From: Candidatus Micrarchaeia archaeon
Lineage (GTDB): Archaea > Micrarchaeota > Micrarchaeia > Burarchaeales > JAVZCV01
Length of the DNA stretch: 22,895 nt
NCBI GenBank assembly: GCA_038874215.1
Contig: JAVZCV010000020.1
Location: forward strand, 1 to 22,895
Reading direction: 5' to 3'
The position numbers were made by a program, and so were the translations under genes. Positions 1 through 8,637 of this stretch are shown piece by piece. Under the pieces are notes generated by a model. That model ran no database searches and was not told the DNA's origin. It saw only the letters and a list, made by a program, of their open reading frames with translations. Each line of letters starts with the position of its first letter. Within the stretch, counting starts at the first letter, position 1.

Positions 1-94
1 ATGCTCTCCTTCTATTCTCAGCCCCTCTTATATTGGGGGTGGTTGTATTCCCTGCTGCGGGGCTGGTTGTTGCTCTCGTGGAGTTGGTCTGCAT
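1..94 (-). CDS. Possible 5' end of a hypothetical protein running off the left edge (MQTNSTRATTSPAAGNTTTPNIRGAENRRRA...)
   Basis: ATG at 94 on the minus strand with an open frame to position 1; divergent from the TATA element at 158-166. No recognisable motif. Confidence 0.35.
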   Translation of the reverse strand, partial: MQTNSTRATTSPAAGNTTTPNIRGAENRRRA

Positions 95-150
95 AGTTAT
101 GCGTTTTAGGCTATGGCGTTAGGTTAATTGGTGCAACATCTCACAAGTAG

Positions 151-166
151 CGAAAACTATATATAA
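151..166 (+). promoter_or_regulatory. Archaeal BRE + TATA box for the small ORF-pncB-pncA unit
   Basis: CGAAAA (151-156) followed by TATATATAA (158-166); SD-like AGGTGA at 187-192 before the TTG at 197. Confidence 0.6.
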
Positions 167-196
167 GTAAATAGATATTCAATTTCAGGTGATCAG

Positions 197-466
197 TTGG
201 AACATGTGAAAAGCAGGTGCGATATTTGCGGGAAGGTTTATCTCCCGTATGTTCGGAGCAGGCTTATTATCTCACCCCATAGGATATGCACCTGCAAAAC
301 GCCAGAAAACATGATAAATCTTTGGAACGGCTTCATAAAGTGGGATATACCGGACAATGAGATAAGAAGAATACTTGCAGTAGTGGGGCTAAATCAATAC
401 TACGTTGAAGAGTTTGTTACTTGGGTTCGCATTTCAAGAGGAGAGTATGCCGTAATGAAGGAATAG
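197..466 (+). CDS. Small hypothetical protein with a putative Zn-binding motif (CDIC...HRICTC)
   Basis: 89-aa ORF with an AGGTGA SD 4 nt before the TTG start and a promoter upstream; ends 15 nt before pncB. Confidence 0.65.
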   Translation: MEHVKSRCDICGKVYLPYVRSRLIISPHRICTCKTPENMINLWNGFIKWDIPDNEIRRILAVVGLNQYYVEEFVTWVRISRGEYAVMKE

Positions 467-481
467 CAAAGGGGCGTTTTT

Positions 482-1870
482 ATGGGAATAACCTCCGATT
501 TTGTAACGCCCCAGAATATGGCTCTACTAACCGATTTATACCAGCTTACAATGTGTAATGCTTACTTCACGAATAATCGCAACGAGGAAGCAGCTTACGA
601 TCTTTTTGTAAGGGATATGCCACCAAACAGAAGTTATCTTCTTTTTGCGGGTTTGGAGCAAGTTTTGTTCTACCTTCAAAATATAAAATTCTCAGACGAA
701 TTACTTGCATACTTAGAGAAAACTGGCAGATTTGATAGCAGTTTTATAAAATTCCTGTCAAAATTCAAATTCACAGGCTCGCTATTTGCGATGAAAGAAG
801 GTACGATTTTCTTTGAGCAGGAGCCCGTAATTCGCGTTGTTGCCCCCAGAATACAAGCACAGCTTGTTGAAACTTTTCTTCTCAATTGTGTGAATTTCCA
901 AACACTAATTGCTACAAAGGCATCACGCGTAGTTCTCTCAGCTAAGGGAAGACAAGTAATCGACTTCTCTCTAAGAAGAACCCACGGTACTGATGCTGGC
1001 ATGAAGGTTGCGCGTGCATCTTATATAGGGGGATGCAACGGAACTTCAAACGTGCTTGGGGGCATGATTTATGGGATACCGACATACGGAACGGTAGCTC
1101 ACTCTTATGTAATGGCTTATATGCACGAGATTGACGCATTTCGCAGTTATGCGCGGGTTTTTCCAGATAGCTGCATTCTGCTCATAGATACATACGATAC
1201 TATATCTGGAGCTAAAAATGCCGTGATTGTTGCAAAAGAATTAGAAAGGATTGGAAAAAAGCTTGTTGCTGTTAGGCTTGACAGCGGCGATCTTTGTGCG
1301 TTAAGCAGAAGAGTCCGCAGAATTCTTGATGAGAACGGCTTGGAATACGTTAAGATACTTGCGAGCGGTAATCTGGACGAATACAAAATTGCGGACTTGT
1401 TGCGCAAAGGTGCGAAGATAGACTCATTTGGCGTTGGAACAGCGATGGGAACATCAAACGATAGCCCCGTGCTTAATGTCAATTACAAACTCAGCGAAAC
1501 CGTATATGAAGACGGTTCGTCGTTGCCCGCCATAAAGTTAAGCAGTGGAAAACGAACACTGCCTGGTAAAAAGCAGGTTTATCGCATTGTAAGAAACGGC
1601 AAATTTGTTATGGACTATATTTCTCTTCCCGAAGAGTTTGAGGGCAAGCAGGGATATTATCCATTGCTCAATAAAATTATTGATAATGGAAAACTCGTTT
1701 ATGAAATGCCGTCTCTGGAAGAGATACGCACTTTTGCCGCAAAGAACCTCGTAATGCTACCCGAAAAATATAAGAGATTACAGGGAGCCCCAAAATATCC
1801 TGTGAAAATAAGCCCACGCTTAAAGATGGTGGTTGAAAAAGCAATTCGCAGAGTGGCGGGTGAGATTTGA
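482..1870 (+). CDS. pncB: Nicotinate phosphoribosyltransferase
   Basis: Motifs LLTDLYQLTM, DFSLRRTHG, GTVAHS (phospho-His), LIDTYD, VRLDSGD, SGNLDE, FGVGT. Confidence 0.96.
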   Translation: MGITSDFVTPQNMALLTDLYQLTMCNAYFTNNRNEEAAYDLFVRDMPPNRSYLLFAGLEQVLFYLQNIKFSDELLAYLEKTGRFDSSFIKFLSKFKFTGSLFAMKEGTIFFEQEPVIRVVAPRIQAQLVETFLLNCVNFQTLIATKASRVVLSAKGRQVIDFSLRRTHGTDAGMKVARASYIGGCNGTSNVLGGMIYGIPTYGTVAHSYVMAYMHEIDAFRSYARVFPDSCILLIDTYDTISGAKNAVIVAKELERIGKKLVAVRLDSGDLCALSRRVRRILDENGLEYVKILASGNLDEYKIADLLRKGAKIDSFGVGTAMGTSNDSPVLNVNYKLSETVYEDGSSLPAIKLSSGKRTLPGKKQVYRIVRNGKFVMDYISLPEEFEGKQGYYPLLNKIIDNGKLVYEMPSLEEIRTFAAKNLVMLPEKYKRLQGAPKYPVKISPRLKMVVEKAIRRVAGEI

Positions 1871-2505
1871 TGATTGTTTTCTTTGATGTGGATACGCAGA
1901 ACGATTTCATAAAAAAACATGGAAAACTCGCAGTCCCGAATGCCGAAAGTATTCTCCCAAATCTGAAAAAACTGACGGATTTTGCGAGAAAAAAGGGAAT
2001 ACGGATATATGCATCTGTTGACAGGCATTTCGGTGATGAAGAGCATCGGAATTCCGAGCGTGAGCTTAAAAAATGGGGTGGTCCCTTTCCCGAGCATTGC
2101 ATGGATGGAACAGAAGGACAGCGGAAAGTTAAGGAGACAGAGCCGAAAAATCCGCTCTACATAGAGAATAGAAAACTCACTGATGAAGAGATAGAGAGGG
2201 CACTCACATGGGATGGTGAAATTATAATAGAGAAGCAGACATACGATGTTTTTGATAATCCAAACACGGACATACTTCTCAAAGGCGTAAAGGCTGCCGT
2301 TGTTTATGGCGTGGCAACAGACTACTGCGTAAAGGCAGCTGTTCTCGGGATGCGGAGGCGTGGGATAGATGTATTTCTAGTTGTTGACGCCATAAAAGCA
2401 GTCAATGCAAAAAAGGGCGATGAAGAGAAAGCGCTTGAAGAAATGAGAAAGGCGGGCGCAAAGGAAATAAAAACGAGCGAAGTGCTAAAAGGAAAATATT
2501 TCTGA
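1867..2505 (+). CDS. pncA: Nicotinamidase (isochorismatase family cysteine hydrolase)
   Basis: DVDTQNDF, metal-ligand motifs DRH and FPEHC, catalytic Lys in EKQTYDVF, GVATDYCV; overlaps the pncB stop. Confidence 0.92.
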   Translation: MMIVFFDVDTQNDFIKKHGKLAVPNAESILPNLKKLTDFARKKGIRIYASVDRHFGDEEHRNSERELKKWGGPFPEHCMDGTEGQRKVKETEPKNPLYIENRKLTDEEIERALTWDGEIIIEKQTYDVFDNPNTDILLKGVKAAVVYGVATDYCVKAAVLGMRRRGIDVFLVVDAIKAVNAKKGDEEKALEEMRKAGAKEIKTSEVLKGKYF

Positions 2506-2514
2506 AATAACGAA

Positions 2515-3273
2515 TCATGGCTGGGGAGGTCCTGATGCTCTCACCCTGCTTACAGTTTCCTCATAATCAACATCAATGTAATCTGAGTAGTAGTCAACAA
2601 CATTCCTCACGTCTCTCTCTAAAAACTCAATCGCTCTCGGGTGGGTTGTAAGAACCCCTTGGGCGAGGTCTATCAGATAAAGCTTTTCCCTAAGAACCAA
2701 CACATTGTACTCGCTCAAATCGGCGTGCACAAACCCGTTTGAAAACATCCTTATTATGAAGCCTATCAGAGTTTCAAACTCTCGTTGCGGGTTTGTTGGA
2801 CCGACCTCCTTCAAGGTCGGCGCTGGTATCCCACCCTCACCTATCAGCTCTGTTACGATAACATTATTCTTGAAATCTATCGGGCGCGGCACGCTGATGC
2901 CCATGCCCGCACATATTTCAAGGTTCTTGTACTCTTTTCTTGCCCACGCATATACAATGCTCCTTTTAGTTCTACCTACCTTCTCAAATCTCGGGTCGCC
3001 GATTAGATACTCTTCAATTCTCTGAAAACCTGTTGTTTCAATCCTGTATATCTTAACCGCCAAATCCCCAGCCTTTCCCTCAGCCCTATAAACATCTGCT
3101 TCCTTCCCCGTTGAAATAGGCCCATGCAACCTCGTTATTACACCCTTATTCAGGAGATAATAGAGGCTGAATAGGGTTGGTCTGTCAAAAACTCGTTCTT
3201 CTATCTTCCACTTTTCTTGTAGTTGTTTCTCTTCCTTCTTTGGCATTTTCTTTTTTGAAAGGCGAAGGGCCAT
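2515..3273 (-). CDS. rio1: RIO1 family Ser/Thr kinase/ATPase (small-subunit biogenesis)
   Basis: ISTGKEADVY, AVKIYR, WARKEYKNL, VHADLSEYNVL, IDLAQ; directly follows aIF-1A. Confidence 0.95.
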   Translation of the reverse strand: MALRLSKKKMPKKEEKQLQEKWKIEERVFDRPTLFSLYYLLNKGVITRLHGPISTGKEADVYRAEGKAGDLAVKIYRIETTGFQRIEEYLIGDPRFEKVGRTKRSIVYAWARKEYKNLEICAGMGISVPRPIDFKNNVIVTELIGEGGIPAPTLKEVGPTNPQREFETLIGFIIRMFSNGFVHADLSEYNVLVLREKLYLIDLAQGVLTTHPRAIEFLERDVRNVVDYYSDYIDVDYEETVSRVRASGPPQP

Positions 3274-3582
3274 CTATTTCCCCTTCATGTAGCCCTTTTT
3301 CTCTAACCATTCAACCTGCAAAGAAGTATACCTCCAAACTATATCTCCTCGTTTATCGCCGCCGACAGACCACGGCTTCACAACCACGATATCCCCATCC
3401 TTTACCCATATCTTTCGCTTTATTTTGCCAGGTATTCTGCAAAGCCTTTCATTCCCATCTTGGCATTCCACTACAAGCCTACCTCCTCCAACAAGCGAAA
3501 CTACCTTCCCAAGAACTTCGTCTCTTCTTGGTATTCTGACGCGCATTTCACCTTCGCTTTCACCTTCCTTGCCTTCTGCCAC
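3274..3582 (-). CDS. eif1a: Translation initiation factor aIF-1A
   Basis: RLCRIPGKIKRKIWVKDGDIVVVKPW and RGDIVWRY; SD-like GGGGTGG before the GTG start. Confidence 0.96.
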   Translation of the reverse strand: MAEGKEGESEGEMRVRIPRRDEVLGKVVSLVGGGRLVVECQDGNERLCRIPGKIKRKIWVKDGDIVVVKPWSVGGDKRGDIVWRYTSLQVEWLEKKGYMKGK

Positions 3583-3624
3583 TGTTCCACCCCATCTAGC
3601 ATTTTTCCATTTTTCTATCTCCTA

Positions 3625-4128
3625 TTACCTTGCTGGCGCTCTTGCACCGCACGCTTCACAAATTAGCATCTTCACCTGCCTCCCAACATCAACGAGTTTT
3701 GTATCTGGCTTTTTGCATTCCTTGCAAAGCACAAATCTCTTTGTGAAATCTGCTATCCTCTCGTTAAGGACATTCCCCCTAAAACGCCCATTTATGACAG
3801 TTCTGTTCCCCTCAATCGTTATCGGAGCAGCAAGCTCTTTTGAAAGAAACTTAACTATTATGCTTTTGTCCCTTCTCAAAACCTCGCTTATCTCATCCAT
3901 ATTCCTTATTATCGTATAATTGCCCTCAGAAAAGCAGCTAACCTGCGGTATCTCAAACCGCTCCGAAGAAAAAACCTTCTGCGGCAACGTTGCATAAACA
4001 TGCTCAAGAAGATCGGGGTAGGCGCTTGAAATCTGCTCTTCTGTCTGCTTTCCTTTATTAGTGCCGGTTTTCCTTACGCCCTTCTTTGTTTTTTTGCCTT
4101 CTTTTTCATTCGCGGTTTCGCCACTCAT
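3625..4128 (-). CDS. eif2b: Translation initiation factor aIF-2 subunit beta, with a Lys-rich N-terminal extension
   Basis: ERFEIP, GNYTIIRN, KFLSKEL, zinc ribbon CKECKKPDT...CEACGA. Start placed at ATG 4128, about 25 nt downstream of TTTTATAA at 4160-4153; the ORF track start at 4146 is an alternative. Confidence 0.94.
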   Translation of the reverse strand: MSGETANEKEGKKTKKGVRKTGTNKGKQTEEQISSAYPDLLEHVYATLPQKVFSSERFEIPQVSCFSEGNYTIIRNMDEISEVLRRDKSIIVKFLSKELAAPITIEGNRTVINGRFRGNVLNERIADFTKRFVLCKECKKPDTKLVDVGRQVKMLICEACGARAPAR

Positions 4129-4174
4129 AAGTCTGTTTTTTATCATAGTAGATTATAAAAAGGTTCAGATAGGT

Positions 4175-5113
4175 TCAGAAGGCCGAAACCATTGCTTCTA
4201 CGATTTTGAAAAGGAGCAGAGAAGCAACACCACCAAAAGCTATGGGCGGCAGTGCAGGCAAAAATGCCTTCTCCTTAATAACATAATCAAGAATGAAGAA
4301 AAGCGCTATCGCACTACCACAAATAACAATTAGAGAATGTGCGAGTCCATACATGGGACTGAAAATACATACGCCCCCCACATACGCCGTGCATCCGAGC
4401 CTGTATGCCGAAACCGCCAGCATTAACGGGATAGCGATATCACCAGTCCCGAGTTCAAGGACAGTCCGCTCCATCTCCTCTTTCTTTCTCTCTTCTGGTT
4501 GAAGTTTGCTTATATCCCTCTTGCTCGGTTTTCCCATCGCAGAAACAGAAAAAGACATCTGGCGCCTGCTCAATTCTCTCGCCATTATTACCATATGCCT
4601 CGTTAAGAAAACCGAAACTATATCGTAGATGGCGAGCCCAACAACAAAAATCAGGAGGGGTATAAAACCAAGTGATACCCCGAAAACTGCGCCAACACCA
4701 GCGCTTGATATCGCAGCTGTCAAGTTCTTAAGCCTCGGCTCAAAGAATTTCAGCATTGTTAATAGGAGTGAAAATATTACGGAGGCAAGAACAGAAATGT
4801 AAAAACCAAAAAAATTGTGCAGAATGGCAAAGAAAACCACGTTTGAAGTTATAAAAATCACCGCAGACTCAAGAAGTTTGAAAAGCACAACCCCCCTGTA
4901 AAACTTCAAAAGGGCTATAAGAAACGCAGCACCGAAAACAACATATCCGAGCATAATGAATGAATTGACGGGGTTGGTGGGCTCAACTGGCGTTACCTGC
5001 GTCTGAACAAACTCAGGAATACCCATGAGCGATATGCCCACATAAAGCCCAAGAAGCTGGACACTGAGAAAAAGGACAAGCATTTTTCTTAGTTGTGTTT
5101 GCAATCCAAACAC
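4175..5113 (-). CDS. Presenilin/signal-peptide-peptidase-like GxGD intramembrane aspartyl protease
   Basis: About 9 hydrophobic segments; YD (AIYDIVSV), LGTGD and PAL (LPALP) motifs. Start uncertain (5113, 5104 or 5083). Confidence 0.93.
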   Translation of the reverse strand: MFGLQTQLRKMLVLFLSVQLLGLYVGISLMGIPEFVQTQVTPVEPTNPVNSFIMLGYVVFGAAFLIALLKFYRGVVLFKLLESAVIFITSNVVFFAILHNFFGFYISVLASVIFSLLLTMLKFFEPRLKNLTAAISSAGVGAVFGVSLGFIPLLIFVVGLAIYDIVSVFLTRHMVIMARELSRRQMSFSVSAMGKPSKRDISKLQPEERKKEEMERTVLELGTGDIAIPLMLAVSAYRLGCTAYVGGVCIFSPMYGLAHSLIVICGSAIALFFILDYVIKEKAFLPALPPIAFGGVASLLLFKIVEAMVSAF

Positions 5114-5124
5114 CTACTCAGTCA

Positions 5125-7224
5125 TCAGTCATATTTCTTCACTGTTTTCAATGTCTGCCCACTCTTCGGCTCAAACAGGTCTCCCCTGTTTTTCATTTCT
5201 TCTATTAAGTTGTTTGCTGTTTCCTCGTCTATCCCGTATTCCCCGAGTTCAGCTATAAGTCTCTCGCGCGGTACTTCGTCCATCTCGCTTTCCAGTTGCC
5301 GCATTACGCGCAATACTGTGTGTATCTTGTCAATTTTTGACTTCGGTTGCCCAATCGCTATTATGTCTATATCAAGCTTTCCAGTCTCCCTATCAGTATA
5401 TACTTGCTTTGATACAAAGTCAAGAAGCCTTATAGCGCGTTCTGCATCAGCTATATCAACTGTATTGCTTAATCTTGCCTTCGCGCTTGCTTCGCTCAAC
5501 CGCACAAGGCCTTCTATCTGCCTTGGCGTTATCGGAATCGTTGATGTTGTTTTTCCAAGCCTCCTAAGCTCTGCATAATAGTCCTCTATCTTAGCCATAG
5601 CTGCGGGGGTAAGGACTGGCTTTACATGCACACGGGCATAGGCTATGTATTTCCTGAGCAGATCTGTCTCTATGGGCGGAAGCAACTCTTCCGCTTCCTC
5701 CACTTTCTTCTGCTGAGCTTGTTTGCCAGCGAGCGCATGCGCCTTCAATATGTGCCTCGCAAGGCTCCTGTCCTTTTCCTCGTCAAGAACGTCCTTTATC
5801 GGAAAAATGAGGTCAAATCTTGAAAGTAGTGTTGGCGGTATGTCAAACTGGTGCCCAGGCAGTACATTTGGGTCAAATCTTCCCTCCTTCGGGTTTGCTG
5901 CTGCAAGTATTGATGTTTTAGCCCTGAACTGCGCAACTATGCCTGCCTTTGCAACAGAAACAGTCTGACTTTCCATAACCTCGTGAAGTGCCGCCCGTTC
6001 ACCCGCATCTATCTTGTCAAACTCATCTATTGCAGCTATCCCTCCGCTTGCAAGAACAAGCGCACCCGCCTTAAGAACCCATCCGCTCTCGCCCCCCAAC
6101 TCATCTTTTTCTGCTGTTGCAGTAAGCCCAGCTCCCGTTACTGACTTTCCGCTAACATAAACGCTTTTCGGTGCAAGCGTCTTAACATACTGAAGCATTC
6201 TTGTTTTTGCTGCACCTGGGTCTCCAATAAGAAGTATATGAATATCGCTTCGAATTTTACTACCGTCTGGCATATATTTGTCTGGGGTTCCGCCAAAAAG
6301 CTGAAGCGCAAGCGCTTCCTTAACTTCCTCATGCCCATATATTGATGGTGCTATTGACCTCTTGATTTTCTCAAATATTTGTGGATCCTTTGAAAGCTCA
6401 ATTATCTTTTTTTCCTCCTCACTTCCTATCGCAACTTCCTCAAATTCCTTATCAGTCCTCCTTATATGGACAACATCTATATATGTAGCATAACTCGCCG
6501 TACTCTGTTCCCCTCCTTTTGAGACGCTTCTTCTTCTTGGTATGCCTACAATATCAACCTTCTCGCCTGGGACTATGGAATTCACTATATCATCTTCAAG
6601 AACTAGGTCTATATGGCTTGCAGGAGAACCTCCCCTTAGCCTTTCCAGTATCTCCTGTATTTCCGCCCTCTGCACATCAATGAATTCCGATTCATTCTCG
6701 GAGAATTTCATGGTTTTCCTGTTGCACTCCTCACACATTTTCGGAGGAATTACGTCTGGTGCCATCACCACTTTTTTAACGGCATCACAGAGTTGGCATC
6801 TGTATACTGCAACCCTGACTCTGTGCCTGACCTCTGCTCTTTTCGTTACCACACCCTGCACGAAAACCAGTTTTCCAACGTGCTCCGCACCTATATCCTG
6901 AACCATAAGCCCCATGTCTGGCAAATCAAAAAACCGTATATGCGGTTTGAAATCCACCTCTGGGCTTTTTACCACGCTTATCTTAGAAATCTCATAAACA
7001 GCAAACTCCGCCGCCTTTATCACCTTTTCAGGCTCTTCAATCAGCATGTCTGCTATCTCGGGGCTAAATGCTTCAAGATCCCTGTAAGAAACCTCAAGGC
7101 TCCTTTTTATTGGGTAAACAGATGCAAGCTTCTCTATCTCCTCTTTATAACATGTCTCAAAGAATTCTTCAAGAGATGCGGCGAGGGTTGTCTCCTCTGT
7201 CAGAGGTGGTTGTTGGTCAGGCAT
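5125..7224 (-). CDS. mcm: Replicative helicase MCM (about 699 aa, no intein)
   Basis: C4 zinc finger CQLC...CEEC, Walker A GDPGAAKT, Walker B IDEFDK, AAANP, Arg finger SRFD, ITPRQIEGLVRLSEA, C-terminal wH region. Start moved to ATG 7224 because GGGAGGAG lies just upstream. Confidence 0.98.
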   Translation of the reverse strand: MPDQQPPLTEETTLAASLEEFFETCYKEEIEKLASVYPIKRSLEVSYRDLEAFSPEIADMLIEEPEKVIKAAEFAVYEISKISVVKSPEVDFKPHIRFFDLPDMGLMVQDIGAEHVGKLVFVQGVVTKRAEVRHRVRVAVYRCQLCDAVKKVVMAPDVIPPKMCEECNRKTMKFSENESEFIDVQRAEIQEILERLRGGSPASHIDLVLEDDIVNSIVPGEKVDIVGIPRRRSVSKGGEQSTASYATYIDVVHIRRTDKEFEEVAIGSEEEKKIIELSKDPQIFEKIKRSIAPSIYGHEEVKEALALQLFGGTPDKYMPDGSKIRSDIHILLIGDPGAAKTRMLQYVKTLAPKSVYVSGKSVTGAGLTATAEKDELGGESGWVLKAGALVLASGGIAAIDEFDKIDAGERAALHEVMESQTVSVAKAGIVAQFRAKTSILAAANPKEGRFDPNVLPGHQFDIPPTLLSRFDLIFPIKDVLDEEKDRSLARHILKAHALAGKQAQQKKVEEAEELLPPIETDLLRKYIAYARVHVKPVLTPAAMAKIEDYYAELRRLGKTTSTIPITPRQIEGLVRLSEASAKARLSNTVDIADAERAIRLLDFVSKQVYTDRETGKLDIDIIAIGQPKSKIDKIHTVLRVMRQLESEMDEVPRERLIAELGEYGIDEETANNLIEEMKNRGDLFEPKSGQTLKTVKKYD

Positions 7225-7449
7225 AAAACTCCTCCCACGTGTGAAGGCAGCACCGAACATTAACTGGACAAAATTTCTTGTTGCCCACAAGGAGCATAGT
7301 GAATTTCATAATCAAAAATTTAAAGCCTTCTGTTTGCTCTTCAGAAATACTCACACTTCCACAACCACAGGTGGCAAAATGCATACACTCATCAATATCA
7401 AAACCCCTATAACTAATTTTAAACTTTGAGGAGGGGTAAGTTTCCAATC

Positions 7450-7455
7450 AAAAAA
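7450..7455 (-). terminator. Oligo-T terminator after rpl11
   Basis: TTTTTT on the minus strand 3 nt after the rpl11 stop, followed by a gap of about 230 bp. Confidence 0.45.
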
Positions 7456-7458
7456 CTC

Positions 7459-7965
7459 TTATCTCTTTGTTTTTTCCGCTTTATCCTCCTTCTTGAAAAT
7501 ATCTTCGTGCTCCCCCCGTTCTATCTCGGCGATTACTTCACGTGCGTTTTTGCCTCCACAAGTAACCCCAAGAGAGACGCACGTTCCCAGAACTTCTTTT
7601 GCGAGGCTTTTGAGCGTTTTAGAGAGTGAACTTTCTTTTTTCATCTTCGCTATCTTTATTACCTGCTCAAGGGAAATATCACCAGCAGCAGCACTTCTAT
7701 CCTTTGCTCCCTTCTCGACCCCCAGCTCCTTCTTTATAAGAGCGCTTGTTGGAGGCGTACCAACGCTTATCTCAAACTTCTTCGTTTCCTTGTCAACTAT
7801 AACCTTAACGGGTATCTTCATCCCTTCATACGCCTTTGTTTTTGCATTTATCTCGTCTATAACAGCCTTGACATTAACACCAAGCGGTCCGAGAACGGGT
7901 CCGAGCGGCGGACCAGGTGTTGCTTTTCCCCCTTCAACAAGGCCATCAACCGTTACAGTTGCCAC
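7459..7965 (-). CDS. rpl11: 50S ribosomal protein uL11
   Basis: GGKATPGPPLGPVLGPLG, GTPPTSALIKKELG, KEVLGTCVSLGV; SD AGGTGA before the GTG start. Confidence 0.98.
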   Translation of the reverse strand: MATVTVDGLVEGGKATPGPPLGPVLGPLGVNVKAVIDEINAKTKAYEGMKIPVKVIVDKETKKFEISVGTPPTSALIKKELGVEKGAKDRSAAAGDISLEQVIKIAKMKKESSLSKTLKSLAKEVLGTCVSLGVTCGGKNAREVIAEIERGEHEDIFKKEDKAEKTKR

Positions 7966-7977
7966 ATCATCACCTAC

Positions 7978-8445
7978 TTACAAGTCTTCTGATTTCCTGT
8001 ATATCTTTATCGTGTTTGCCTTTATCGTCACCGGTATGGGAACAGCGACATCTGTAAGCTCAACAGTTATCTCCTCCTTGCTTTCATCTATTTTTATCAC
8101 CTTCGCCTTCTCGCCCTTAAAAGGCCCGCTTATCAGCTCTACGATATCGCCTTTCTTTACCGAAACTTTGGAGGGTGCAGCCTCAAAAAGCGAGTCTATG
8201 TCCTTCGTGCCTACGCTATCCTTCAAAATTCCTTTTATGTGCGGTATCCTCATGCCTGCCTGCCTAACTGCAACCTCATCATCAGACTCAACAAGCAAAT
8301 ATCCGCGCAACTCATCCACAACCGCTATGCTCGCTATTGCCAAACGGTCCTTCTTTACTTTATTATAAAGCACATCCGCCACAACCCGCTCCTGCCCAGC
8401 AGTTACACGGTATATATATATCATGCTACCACCATTATCCGTCAT
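7978..8445 (-). CDS. spt5: Transcription elongation factor Spt5 (NusG)
   Basis: NGN domain (VTAGQE...LRGYLLVE) and KOW motif GDIVELISGPFKGEKAKV; conserved secE-spt5-rpl11 order. Confidence 0.97.
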   Translation of the reverse strand: MTDNGGSMIYIYRVTAGQERVVADVLYNKVKKDRLAIASIAVVDELRGYLLVESDDEVAVRQAGMRIPHIKGILKDSVGTKDIDSLFEAAPSKVSVKKGDIVELISGPFKGEKAKVIKIDESKEEITVELTDVAVPIPVTIKANTIKIYRKSEDL

Positions 8446-8624
8446 ACAATAAAACTGTCCAAAACAGTAAATATAATTGTTATTACAAAACCTATCAGAC
8501 CTATTACTATCATCCCCAACCCTGTAACTTTTACTATCATCTCAAACTCCTTCCTCTTTGGCCTGTACGAAACGTTCAATACTCTCAAAGCACGCTGCAT
8601 GTATCTGTCAATTCCAAACAGCAT
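8442..8624 (-). CDS. secE: Protein translocase subunit SecE / Sec61-gamma
   Basis: RVLNVSYRPKRKEF...KVTGLGMIVIGLIGFVI; start moved to ATG 8624, which follows a GGAGG SD. Confidence 0.93.
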   Translation of the reverse strand: MLFGIDRYMQRALRVLNVSYRPKRKEFEMIVKVTGLGMIVIGLIGFVITIIFTVLDSFIV

Positions 8625-8637
8625 ATAACCTCCCCAA

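Noticed and set aside
5125-7224. Intein in, or inactivation of, MCM (Walker A GDPGAAKT)
   Set aside because: Length is normal, motifs are contiguous, and the Lys plus Ser/Thr of Walker A are retained.
7217-7447. Short ORFs (76 aa minus, 62 aa plus) in the mcm-rpl11 gap
   Set aside because: No recognisable motif or convincing translation signals; they overlap the likely mcm promoter and leader.
7340-7450. Replication origin with ORB boxes next to mcm
   Set aside because: Only isolated TTCCA and GGGG fragments, not in ORB arrangement and not repeated; no cdc6/orc1 in the window.
7493-8368. 291-aa plus-strand ORF and other antisense ORFs (e.g. 11697-12458, 15223-15795)
   Set aside because: They overlap well-supported genes on the opposite strand and show no independent features.
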